Below are positions 31,725 through 44,468 of a stretch of DNA of 64,000 bases, piece by piece. Under the pieces are notes generated by a model. The model searched no databases. It was not told the origin of the DNA and saw only the letters and a program-made list of their open reading frames with translations. Source of the stretch: Monocercomonoides exilis PA203 (Eukaryota; Protista; Preaxostyla); contig LSRY02000036.1 in NCBI GenBank assembly GCA_001643675.2, positions 682,001 to 746,000 on the forward strand, read 5' to 3'. Within the stretch, counting starts at the first letter, position 1. Each line of letters opens with the position of its first letter. The position numbers were made by a program, and so were the translations under genes.

Positions 31725-32919
31725 ATGCAATCAAGAAGAGCTGTTGACACAAATGCATTTGATCATATTCCCGAAGTAAGCAGCGAATGGAAAGAAAGAG
31801 TAGGAGTGAAAATTGCATATGAACTAATTATTCTATATTTGTCACCTGCATCAAAAAAAAATGCAGATTTATTCAATGGTTTAAAATTATTTGCTTCCTA
31901 TTATAGTATTTTTAATGAAGAATTAAGATTATCCATTGTTTCATGATCTTCTGAATGATGTTTTATCTGGTGAGTATGTACGTTGCATGACAAATTGCTG
32001 CTTTACAACTTTACACAATGCAAAATCACTGACTGGTTTGCGCTTAAAATTTGCGTTACAATATAATAATTTTTTGTTTTTAAAGAATTTCAGAAAGCGC
32101 TGCAATCATTTGTTGATGATTCCATTCCGCTATGTCAGCTAGCACAAAATTCTTTCCAGACAGACGCTTTAACCAACGAAGATGCAAGGCAAATTGCTTT
32201 GCTGACTTTCGGTTATTTTTGTTTTTTCTTCTTTCGAATAAAGTGTTATTTCTCATCTTTAGGCATTTCTGTTCTTCTTTCCTTCGTTCAAGCATCTTGG
32301 ACGGGTCCTCATTTGACTGATTTGAAAAACGTTACTCTTTTTAACGATGAGGAAACAGTTAAAGAGTTCAATGAACATGCTATGAAGATGCTTTTCCCTG
32401 AAGCACCTCAATCACATATAGATAATTTGCACTTTCTTGGTATTGCTGCTGAAGTGCTCATTAACTTTGCACCAAAACATTTGAATAACCTTCACGTTTG
32501 ACTTGTTGATTGGAATTATTTTAAAATAAAATTAAAAAATTAAAAATAAATATTATTGGCAAATATTTGTGCAATACCTGTTATTTCCGAAACAACCATT
32601 TTACTTTTCTTTTATTCATATAAAGCTGCACCATTTTTGGGTTATAAGAGCAGCCATGTGCTTACAACGAGTTACAGATGAAGGTATTGAGACACTCCAT
32701 TCGTGTGTGTTGGCCTCGTTCCGTAGTCAGTTGGATCTTCTGAGCAGGATGTGTCCAAGCAGAACAGAAGAGGCTGAAAGAATACAGAAGCTGAAAAGCG
32801 CAATTTTTGACGAGAAGTTTCTTGATGATGAAGGTGAGGCAGGCAATGCTGAAGAACCACATGAACTTCAACCACAACAGCACCACACTTCATCATCTTC
32901 ATCATCTTCCTCTTCTTCC

Positions 32920-32950
<31 letters not shown>

Positions 32951-35638
32951 CTTCTGCTTCTTCTGCTTCTGCTTCCTCCTCTTCCTCCTCTCCTTCATCT
33001 TCCCCCAGCAGCCTCACAAGCGCCGAGTGGGATGTTCTCACAGCCTCTCTTCTTGTCGAGTGCTCCTCTGCAATGCGTCTGATGGGCGACTGGCAGCAGG
33101 CACAGCTGTGGCACAAGGCTGCTGAAGAGCTGTCACCTTATCGCTTCTCTCTGACTGGGCGGCTAGGCGTGAGGACAGCACACCAGCAGACTCCTACCAC
33201 ACAGCTTGTACTGGAGACAAAAGTGTCTTCTGAAGGTGTGTTTATCTTTCTTTTCTTTTCTTCTTTTCTTTTCTTCTTTTCTTTTCTTTTCTTTCTTATA
33301 AAATTTATTTCATTTGTTTAAATTTTCATCTATTTTATCTTATTCAGCTGCTCTTCATTCATTTGAAATGGCATATCTTCAATTTCATCCACACACAAAA
33401 ATGAGACCTGATCTTGTGGATTCAACAGAAGAAACACCCAATTCATCACCTCAACCTTCATCATCATCATCATCATCATCATCTTCTTCTTCTTCTTCTT
33501 CTTCTTCCTCATCTAATTCTGAAGAAGAAGCACAAAATGAACAAACACCTCAATCACAGCCAACAAAAAGTGAGATTTCTTTTTTTCTGCCAACTGTCAT
33601 ACACGACGAGAAACCAGATATTCTTCCTCTGCCATACTTCCCTCCCTCTTCACTTCAATCAAATGACACATCTGACTTTTCTGCTTCTTCTTCTTCCTCC
33701 TCTTCTTCCTCTTCTCTTTCTTCTTCTTCATTGACTTCCTCTTCATCATCATCTTCATCTTCACATCCAACAAAGCAAGACAACCAATCCATAACCCCCT
33801 CCACACCCCCTCTTCCTCTTCCTCTCCTGCACTCCATCATCCTCAACCGTGCCCTTCTCCTCATCCTCACCCCTTCCTCTCTGCGCGAAGACCTCCTTCG
33901 CGACGAAGTCGTCGCCCACGTCGAGTCTGTCTTCGCCTCTCCGTCGTCCTACGCCCTCCTCTCTCTCACCCTCCTTCTGCGCGCACGCTGCGAAAGCTAC
34001 GTCAACCGCACAGCTGACAGAGCGGTCCTCCAGTTGCAGGCACTGTGCGATCAGATGGCAGATGCATCGCCTCCACCAGCCATTCGTGTGGCGGATGTGT
34101 TCTTTGCAGTTGATTTCCCCCCCATTGCCATCCTCAGAGGAGAAGTTGGCGATGCCTTTCTGCGGATGGGTGCAGCAGCATCTGCGCTGGAGCTGTTTGA
34201 GAAGGTTGGGATGTGGGCGAAGATGGTTGACTGTCTGGTGGTGTGTGGGCAAGCGCCGCGGGCAAAGAAGATTGTGGAGGAGAGGCTGAGGGAGACGCCA
34301 CACAGCGTGCAGGCGCTGATTGCAATGGGCGATGTGACTGAAGACGAGCAGTACTACCTGCAGGCGTGGGAGGTATCGTCGCATTCAGCTGCCACTGCGC
34401 TGAGGAGGGCAGGCATGTTGTGCGTGCGGCGGGAGAAGTGGAGCGAGGCAGAGCAGCATCTGTCAGCTGCCCTCAAGCTCAACCAGCTCTTCCCTGGCCA
34501 TTGGTTCTCGTTGGGTGCTACTCGGCTGAGGCTGGGCGACTATGCAGGGGCTGTGAAGGCATTCAAGCGATCATTGGCAGTGGGGCCAGACAGTGGCGAG
34601 GCATGGAGCAATCTTGGGGCAGGGTATCTGAAGATCCAGGAGAAGGAGAACGCGTTCCATTGTTTTGAGCAGGCGGTGAGGTGCGAGTTCAACAATGCGA
34701 AGATGTGGCAGAATCTGCTTGTGGCAGCGGTGGGGCTGAAGAGGACGGGGAGGGCGGTGTATGCCATGAGGAGGCTGTGTGAGCTGCATTGCAGTGTGGA
34801 TGTGGAGTGCTTGGAGGAGATCATCAGGCAGTGGAGACAGACAGGAGAGAGGGAGAGGGAAGAGGAGGAGAAGAGGAAGGAAGAGGAAGAGAAGGAGAAG
34901 GAGAGGAGGAAGGAGAAAGAGAAGGAGAAAGAAAACAAGTCATTGAGAGTTACTCCGATTTCTGCTGAGAAGGAACTGGGAAATGAAGCAAAAGAGAAAG
35001 AGAATAAAGTGTCGACATCTTTGTTTGACTTTGACTCAGACGATGAAGATGAAGAAGAAGATGGAGAGAGACAAGGAGAAAACGCAACATCCACTTCTTC
35101 TTCTTTGGCGCTTCATCAGAAGACGTCAGCATTTGCCGCGATCAGCCGGCAGTTGGAGCAGCTTGTGCAGCTCATCCTGACACACACCACACTCTCCACC
35201 TCTTCTGTGCTAAAGGTGTGCTCATCCTTCTACGCCTTCATTGGCAACTACGCCAGCTGCTTCGACTGCCTCGACCGAAGACTGCAGCACGTAGAGAAAC
35301 ACGAGTGTGTCCAGTTCCTTTCAGTCGCCCCTCAGTTTCAGTCAGTCGCTGAAGCCACACACGACGTGGCAGTCTGCTTGAAAGAAGCTGTCGATCGCTG
35401 CCTTGTAAGGAACCCGTGCCAGAGCATCAGCCAGGAAGAAGTCGCCTCTGCAGAAGGATCATTTCAACCACTGCCTCAGGAGGTGAAAGATCAGTGGAGA
35501 CCAAAGGTCATGAAGTATTTATTGAAAGTCAAGAATACAATCACAAAAACTAAAAATGCTTTCCAAAATGACTCATCATTCTCACTTCTCCAAGAATGCA
35601 GAGACATTTTGGAGGATTTAATGAAAAAATTAAAATAA
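31725..35638 (+). CDS. TTC27: TPR protein of the TTC27/Emw1 family, multi-exon
   Basis: Motifs LTGRLGVRTAHQQ..QLVL, RTADRAVLQLQAL, SALELFEKVGMW, WFSLGAT, GEAWSNLGAGY, KMWQNLL (TPRs) match TTC27/Emw1 in order. The 5' exons are split by short AT-rich introns; the exact exon structure was not fully resolved. Confidence 0.8.
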
Positions 35639-35816
35639 TACAGATAATTTTTTTTATTAAAAAATAAAAAACAAATTCTTTTTATTTTCAACTTTTTTTA
35701 TTCATAAAATGGTTATACCCTTAATATAGAGAAAAGTGCAAAATAGTATTGCTCCAACTGTTCTACAGTGGCGACAGCTAATAAAACAGGGCAGAAGCAT
35801 TCAGGAATAGTTGTAA

Positions 35817-36668
35817 ATGATAATATTTTTCCTCGTAGTACTGATATCTGGAGAGCCACTGGTAAACATCATCAACAGAAATCCTGCTGCAACTTGGTCA
35901 GCCCATGAATATTCCCGGGATATTATAACTCGAGCCCGGCTAACTTTGTTAGCTCCATTGGCTATTGGACCAGTCGAAAAATTTACAATTGAAGATTCAT
36001 TTTATGTTCCTGAATCGTTTGATGCAAGAGATGAATGGCCAAATGCCATCCTTCCTGTTCGTGATCAAGAAAAATGTGGATCTTGCTGGGCATTCAGTAT
36101 TGCTGAGAGCCTTGGAGATAGATTTGGCATTTTAGGATGCGGAAAGGGCCACCTTTCTCCGCAGGACCTGATTTCTTGCGATTCAAATGATCTTGGATGC
36201 AATGGAGGCTATCAAGAAAATTCTTGGACATGGGTTTTAACGACTGGGATAACAACAGAATCATGTTGGCCATATCGTTCTGGAAGTGGCCGAATTCCAT
36301 CATGCCCTCATCGATGTGTAAATGGATCGGTTCTTCAACGCAATACTATTAATAACTACAGGCGACTTGATTCCAGCGAGCTTCAAGATGAACTTTATAA
36401 TAATGGACCTATTCAAGTTACATACGTTGTGTACGAGGACTTTTTCTATTACAGCAAAGGAATCTACAAACATTTGTCTGGAAATAAAGTTGGAGGGCAT
36501 GCTGTAGTTTTAATGGGGTGGGGTATTGAGGATGGAGTGAAATATTGGCTTGTGCAAAATTCCTGGGGATATGAATGGGGTGAGCAGGGATACTTTAGGA
36601 TTTTGCGTGGGAGTAACGAATGTGGAATAGAATCATCCGCTTATGCAGGTGATGTTGACTGTGGATGA
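35817..36668 (+). CDS. Cathepsin B-like papain-family (C1A) cysteine protease, intronless, 283 aa
   Basis: Signal peptide, short propeptide, PESFDARDEWP, oxyanion Gln and catalytic Cys in DQEKCGSCWAF, GCNGG, YEDFFYYSKGIY, catalytic His in GGHAV, catalytic Asn in QNSWG, and NECGIES. Confidence 0.95.
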   Translation: MIIFFLVVLISGEPLVNIINRNPAATWSAHEYSRDIITRARLTLLAPLAIGPVEKFTIEDSFYVPESFDARDEWPNAILPVRDQEKCGSCWAFSIAESLGDRFGILGCGKGHLSPQDLISCDSNDLGCNGGYQENSWTWVLTTGITTESCWPYRSGSGRIPSCPHRCVNGSVLQRNTINNYRRLDSSELQDELYNNGPIQVTYVVYEDFFYYSKGIYKHLSGNKVGGHAVVLMGWGIEDGVKYWLVQNSWGYEWGEQGYFRILRGSNECGIESSAYAGDVDCG

Positions 36669-37658
36669 CGAAACAGATATTTATTCTTATCAGAACTCGA
36701 TCTTGTGAGCTCTGGAGCACTTCATTTCTCTCCTTATAGCACATCAGACTTTTCTTCAATCAGCGCTAATTTCAAGTGGGCATTTTATATTGTTGTTATG
36801 TTCCCCTTCATTCAAGCATAACAGCAGAGTAAATTTGTGAAATATGTCAATTGGGTAATGTAATTTTTTAGCGTCTTGTCGAACACGTCAATTCCTCTTA
36901 TGGCCACTATGTACATTTTGATTTGTTGTTTTAATTTTGATCAACCAGTGATCAAGTTCATCTACTTGAGATTTCGTTTCACCATTTTGTTTCTTTTTTT
37001 TATCTTTAGAATCATGTTAATGCAAATTTTTCAGAAATATTTCATTGACTTTAAAGATTTGTTTGATAGGTTGAAAATATTGGCTATGCATATTCTTTCT
37101 TAATTTTCTTTATTCTTGTGAGTACATTTAATCTGAATTGTACCATTCACTGTTTGAAATTAATATGCATTCACCACCATAATCTATCACTTCTATTCAG
37201 TCCTGTTATCTTTAAATGACTTTTGCTTTTGATTAATCTTTATTTTCTTTTTTTTGTTACAAGCTTTGTTTTTGATTCCGTTTTTGTATCTTTAAATAAT
37301 TTTTCTATATGTTTTTGTGTTTGATGGCTCGAGCCAACAGTTATGAACAGCTTCTCAAGATATGCTGTTGAGAGAAATAAGTCAGCAAATAAAAAATATA
37401 AAAATTGAAAGAAAAATAAGAACTTTTTTATTTTTTTTTTTTTTTTTGAATTTTGAATTTCCAATGAAAACATAAGTAATTCTTATTTATCTTTCCATTC
37501 TCAAACATAATAAAATAAATGGAACATATCTTAAAAAAACAATACAAAAAACAAAGTTCAAAAAAAGACTTTAAGAATTGAACATGAATATTAAGGACAT
37601 TACAACAAGCATTCAAAAAAGCGATAGAAACAACATTTTTAATTCCTTTTTTTTTTTT

Positions 37659-40600
37659 TCATTGTGAAATGAGAGGAGAAGTGACAGGAGGGGGCTGGTT
37701 GAGTGAAGTGTGCATGGCTTTTCTTCTGGAGAGCAGAATGGATGTTGCCTGCTGCTTCTGCTGAGGAGAGGACGTGTGGCGGAGGGAGATGAGAGGAGGC
37801 TGAAGGGAGAGGGGGATGCCAGATATTGTTTGGGTGGAGGAAAGGGAAGAAGAAGATGATGATGAGGAAGAGGAGGAAGAGGAGGAAGGGTAAGAAGAAT
37901 ATGATGAAGATGATGATGATAAATTGTTCAAATCAGAAGGGCGTGCAGGTGTGAATGAAGACAGCGCAGTCAGAGCAGAAGTGGCTGTGGGAGAAAGAGG
38001 AGAAGAAGGACGAGGGGAAACAGATGAACCAGAAAGTGGTTCGTTTTCTTCAACTGAAATGTTTGAAGCCTTTGAAGCATCTCTTTTCTCGTCATCGTTT
38101 GAGTTGTAGTTGAGTAAAGACACTTGATTTGTCTCCACCACATTCAGTTTTGACTGAAGGGCACTTATGACAGAAGAGGAGGATGAAGAGGAAGAAGATG
38201 ATGAAGATGAAACAACTTGATTGTTTCGTGTTTGTTCATCGTCCGATGCAAAGATAGGATGAACAGGAGTTGGCGCACGTTGTGAAGATGAGATACTTGA
38301 AGTATGTGAATGAAAAGAGGATGAGGAAGAAGAGGAGGAGGAAGAAGAAGAGGAGGAAGAGGAAGAAGAAGAAGGATTCTGAAAAGGAGCAGCAGGAGAA
38401 GAGAGATGAGACACGGAAGGGATAGAAGCAAGAGCAGATGAAGTGATTGTTGAGAAAGGGGTTGACAGATTTCTTCTTCGGGTGAAGCGGCTGAGGAAAG
38501 CAGAAGACGAGAGAAGGGGCGCTGAAGAGAGGGGGAGAGGCATCGGAGGCAGAAGAACATCAAATCCTTCGAAGTAGTTGCTGAAGGGAAGAAAGAGCGA
38601 TGGATAATGCGGAGCAGACGAGGCAAGTGAAGATGACATGTTTGTTGGAGAAGTCGATCGAAGCAGAGAAGAGAAATTAGAAGAGATAGTGTTCCCCAAC
38701 CCCATCCCCGCTGCTCCTCCTTCGTTTCCTTCCTCTTCGTCCTCGAAGGCGTCAACCTGTTCTCTCCACGCCTGACAAGAGGAGACGAATGATCTGCTGA
38801 CAGAGCAGTGGCTGAGATCTATGTCTGGCTGGTTGGTGATGACAGGCACTCCGTAGCAGCCGACGAAGGCGCCGTCGAGTGTGAAGAGGCAGCAGTGCAC
38901 ATCGATGGTGACACACACAAAGGGAGGAGGAGTGACATAGGGGGGAAGAGCACAGGAACGGCTGGTGGGGCGGCTGGTGGAAGAAGAGGAAGAGGAAGAG
39001 GAAGAAGAAGAAGAAGGGGAAGAAGGGGAAGTGGACGAAATGTTGTTCGGTTTCCCTTTCCCAGCAGCATCCAAAGATGGATCGAGAAGAGTGTCATATG
39101 GAAGCGACGGTAAGAACAGAACAGAAGACACTTCTTTGTCAATGGCAGAAAACTGGCTTTCTCCGTCTGGGTTGAACGAGGGGCCTCCATTCAAGAACGA
39201 GAAAGAGGCCTTGATGTCGCTGTTCCCACTGTCCAGACCATCAACCTCGTCTTCCTCTCTTTCAATCTCGATCAATCGCTCAATCTCTCTCTCCAGTGCA
39301 TCTATTGCTGCCTTCTGCTCAGCACTCACCTTCACCCCCAGCTGCATCTGCTCCATCATCGTCTGCCACAGCCCTTCTCTTTCTTTCTCTTTCACCCGCC
39401 TCTTCGCCACTCTTGCCTCTCTCAGCTGCTGGCGGTGCTGCTGATACACATCGGGAAAGTCATACAGACACTGCCAGCGCGCTTTGATGAACTGCTCAGC
39501 GGGGAGAACAGGCACAGCATCAGGTGAGAGTGGAGGAGGTGGAGGAGGAAGTGGCTGAGAGAGTGGTGACTGAAGAGGGGAACCTGCGGGGGTGTTGGCT
39601 GAAGTGCTGTTGGAGGTGGAAGAAGAGAAGGAGGAGGCGTTCCGCTGGTGTGATCGGGCAGTGGTGAGAGGAGAGCGCTGGGCTGAGTTGTAGCCAGAAG
39701 ATGGATGCAACGGAGAAAGAATGAAGCCCAATTGAGATGCAGTTTCTGAATTGAAAGAAGAAGAGGAGGAAGAGGAGGAAGGCATAATTGCAGCATTTGC
39801 ATTCACAGTGGGAGAAGACGTGGCATTGGCAGTGACTGACAGAAGGGATGGTTTCAATGAGTCGCCCAAGCCGTATGCGAACGAAGCAGACAAAAGAGGA
39901 GAGCCAGAGGGAGTGCCAGGGACAGAGAGAGAAGAAGAGATTGAGCTGGACTGTTGAATTGCCTGGTGCAGAGCAGCGTTGCTGTTCAGCAGCTCAACAG
40001 CATCAAACAGCATCAGATCTCCCTTTGCTGTGCAGACAGCCAGCAGAAGAGGAGGCAGTTTGTGCTGATGGGGCACAGGGAAAGGAACAGGCGGAGGCAT
40101 CCGATAAGAAGAGACAGCAGTCGAAGGGAATGGAGAGTGGGCGTTGGAACGAGGAGAAAGAGGAGTGCTCGGATAATACGAGGCACGCGAGGCAGATCGT
40201 CTTGCGCCTCCTTTTTGAGGAGAAGCAGCAGAATTCCCATTGGCTCCTCTTGTTCGTTGTTCCAGTAGAGACCCTTCTTCAGCCAGGTTGCCTTCTCTAT
40301 CATATGCAAAGAAGGGTGTCTCAAACAGAGCAATGAACCCTCCTCCTCTCAGCCCTGTGTCAATGTCTGCCAACAGCCGCGTCTGGAGAGCATTCCAAAA
40401 GCGAAGATGGCCATCCACGCCGAATGTGAGGAGGGTGTTGCGTGAGATGGAGGAAGGCAGGAAGAGGCAGGTTGTGATGCATCGTGTGTCCTTCTTCGGC
40501 TGCAGATTGGGATGTGCCTGTGTATTTTGTGTGTTTTGAGAGTTCTGAATGTTCTGTGCTTGTTTTGATGGCTGAGCAGATGAAAAAGATGAGATAGGCG

Positions 40601-43600
40601 AGCCGCGTGGCTGCAGTGTGGATGAGAGTGCAGATGACAATGCAGATGAGCCAGATGTCATTCCAAATGTGTTTGAGAGAGCATTTCGGTCTGTCTGAAG
40701 AGGAGAGCCAGCAGCTGTCTGAGATGTTGTCAGAGTCGAAGAGAGGCCTTTTGTCATATAAAGAGAATTAAGCAAGTCAAGCTGAGATGGCTCCTCTTTC
40801 TCCTTCTCACCCTTTCTCCCTGTTTCGTTCTCTTCAAAGGAAGTGCGTTCTTGATCTTTCCCATTTAGCAGTGTATCTCCAGTACTGTCTTCGTTGCCGC
40901 TCTCTTCGTCCTCCTCGTCTGCTCCTCCATTTCCTGCAGATCCACTCCCACCAACACTCGAATCTCCATAACTGTCTGCTTTGTCCTTCTCTTTCATTCT
41001 TTCTCTCCTCGCCTCCACTTTCTTCTCGTCCACATACTTCCCCAGATGCTTCCCAGTTGCCATGAAGCTGTTCTTCGCAAAGCCGCTGTCTGTGTTCCAC
41101 AGCACAACCACTCCGTCTGTGGATGCTGTTGCCAGCAGAGAAGGAGGGCTGAAGGAGACACTTGTCACATCGCCCTTGTGCCTGCCATTGGTGATGGTGT
41201 GGAGAAAGTGTGCTTTCGGATTGGGGTTGGACGAGTGCACATTCAAAGAGGACTGAGACGTCTGGGCAGAAGAAGAAGAAGAAGGAGAAGGAAGAGAAGA
41301 AGAAGAAGCAAGCTGTGAATAGCCAGCTGCATTCTGCCCTGCCCCAAAAGCGAAGGAGCCCTTCTGTTCTTTCTCCTTCTGCTTGTCCATCAGACGCCTC
41401 GTGAGCAGTCTCTGCGCTCTTTCTGCCTCTTCCTTTGAGCTCTGCTGTGCTGATGTTGAACCAGAAATGACATCAGTGGATGACACAAACTCTTCTGCTG
41501 AGTTGATCGAAGGGTCGATGCGTGACTCGAAATGCGACTCGAGTGGCAGCTGGGGGTCTTCGCAGCAGTGCACTTTGCGCTGCCCGCCGACGGTGAAGAT
41601 GAGTCTCATGTTGGATGGAGTGATCACATGTGCCACTCCTTGTACATCTGATGCTGGGTGTGGCAGAGGATATACTTCACCCAGAACAGCTCCTGTGTTG
41701 TAGTTGGTGATGAAGACTGTGCCATCGCAGGCACCGCTGATGAGTCTTCTCTCGCTCTGGTCGAGACAGGCACAGAGAGGCGAGTCGAAGTGCGGGAGGG
41801 TGAAGCGGAAGGCCATCTGCCCAGCAGCCACCTTCCACACATTCACCACGCAGCTGGCGTCGATTGTGATGAGCTGGTCGAAGATGGCGCTGTAGATGAT
41901 CGATACGATGGGTGTTCTGTGACACAAGGCATAGCGGTCAGAGAGGTCGATGGCACGCCACACGAACAGCCGCTTGCTGCCCATCACAATCGCATTCTCT
42001 TTCTTTTCCAGCTTCTTCTTCATCGCTGCCAGACGCTTCTTCCGCTGCTGCTCTTTCGTCCGCTCTTTCTCGTCTTCCATTTCGAACTCTTTTTCTTTCT
42101 CTTTTCCTTCGCCATTTGCATTCATCGCACTTCTTCTTCCATTCTTCCCTGAATAAGATGCATTTGAAGAATTAACAGAGTTACTTCTGCTGTTGTGCTC
42201 CTGCTTTGTCGTCATTGTCTTCATTGTATTCTTTTTATCTGCTTTATTCTTCTTCCCCTTCTTCTTCTTCTTCTTCACTCCATCAAAGTGTTTACACAGC
42301 GTCATTGAAGTAATGTATGACTGTGATGCTTCGTCATAAGCAGACACCGTCTGCACGCACAGCTGCGATCTTATGTCCCAAATTCTGATTGTCCTGTCCA
42401 AAGAGAGAGAGATCAGGTACCCTTCACTCTCATCTGCCACAATAGACACCACTGCCCCGCTGTGGCCCTTCAGCTCTCCCAGCGAGCGGAGGGTGTTCGG
42501 ATTCCACAGCAGAATCCGCCCATCAAAGCCAGCTGTCGCCAGCAGATGCGCCTTCTGCAGCCACGCCACACACAACACACCTCTTCTGTGCCCGGATGCT
42601 TCGAGGGCAGTGCGGGGGGAGGAGAGAGTGGTGAGTGAGACTGTGGAAGAAGAAGAAGATAAGCCTTGTTGTGTGTTGCTTGTCTGTTTGGTTGTGTATT
42701 TTGTGCTGTTCTTGTTGCTATCAGTAATACTATCGTCTCCAGCATTTACTTCACTGCCTGTTCTCTCTCTCTCTCCTCCTGCCTGTTTGATACACCCAAT
42801 CACTTCCAATGTGTCAATCGACAGGAACTTCACAGTGGAGTCATAAGAGGCAGTGATCAAGCATTGCATCTCTTCCACACAGTGCATGGCTGTGATGGCT
42901 TCAGAATGGACACGCATCGACCAGCTGCCTTCGGTTGGGCGCACAACAAGACGAGGGCGAGGACGGCTTTGGAAAGGGAAGGAAGAAGAGGAGGAGGAAG
43001 AGGATGAGGATGATGGCTGTGGTGCTGAAGTGGAGAAGCGAGGGGAGTTGTGAGATGAATTCTGACGAGAAGAAGAAGAAGATGATGATGAAATAGGTGA
43101 AAGATGATTCTGATTGCGTTCGGGTGTTGGGAAGGAGTTCTTAGAGACAGCAGAGGTGAGAGAGGCGAATGTGGACGGGGTGTCAGGCACAGCAGCAAAG
43201 GAGACCATTCTGGGTGTGCGGGAAGAGAGGGAGACATCGACAGAGGAGCGGGTGGAGACAGGGGCAGAGGAGGAAGAAGAAGAGGAAGAAGAAGGCACAA
43301 CAGCAACAGAGTGTCTGAGCCTGTCTGGCTGAGGGCGAGACTGAGGTGGAGGGTCAGTGAATGGGAGAGAGTGGAGAGGAAGAGGAGGGACTGAAGTGGG
43401 ATCAGCGATGTGGATGTGGAGAGAGGAAGAAGCAGAAGAAACAGAAGAGGAAGAGGAAGAAGAGGAGGAGGAAGAAGAAGAAACAGAAGGAAGAGAACGA
43501 GAGAAGACAGGAGGAGAAAGAGGAGAAGAGGATGTTGTTGACGATGATGATGAATTCTTCAGAAGAAGAGGAGGAGAAACCGTTCTGATTGGAGCAGGCA

Positions 43601-44430
43601 GTGTTTCATCTGCATTCTCTTTTGAATCAACATTTGGAGAAGAAGAAGAAGGAGAAGGAGACAACGAAGCAAATGAACTGACATGTGAAAGAGATGTTTT
43701 GTTTGAAGAAGCTTGTTGTGCCTGAGACTGTTGTTTGTCTTGTTTGGCAGAGGAGGAGAGGGTGGAGGATGAGAAAGTGCGCTTGAGAGAAGAAGATGAT
43801 GATGATGATGAAATTGATGCAGATGCAGTAGAAGACAAGAGAGAAGGTTGGTTTCTGAGTTTTTGGCGCAGTTGACGTGCAGATGCTTCTGTTGGGTCGT
43901 CTCTCAGAGGAGGAAGATAAAAAGGAGAAGACGTCCATTCTTCGAAGGTCTCACGAGAAGAAGAGGAAGAAGAGGAAGAAGAAGAAGAAGATGATGATGA
44001 TGATGAATGAGAAGTAAAAGGATCATAAGCAAAAGAATGAGAATACGGACGAGAATAAACTGAATTCCGTGCAGGTGACTGAGAAAAAGAGCGTCTTCCA
44101 CTTGAGTGATTGGGGGTGCCTCTGTCAGTTCTGCTGCCTCTTCCATTCAGATTCTGCTCATAGTCAGCTCGTGTGGATGAGTCATGGGAGGAGGAGGGGG
44201 TGTGGGCACAGCGGTCGGTGGAGGACGAGCGGAGGAGAGGAAGAAGAGAACCTCTGGATGGATGGGAGCGTAGATAGAACGAGTCTCGTGAAGACGATAA
44301 AAGAGGAGAGGGGACAACTTCTTGTGTGAGCGAGGACTGAGAGGACGAAGATTGCAAAGATGGCTGCTGGGTTTGGATGGTGCCAGTGGTTGATGCACGA
44401 AGAGAGCGAGAAGCGGAAGAAGCAGAAGAA

Positions 44431-44468
<38 letters not shown>

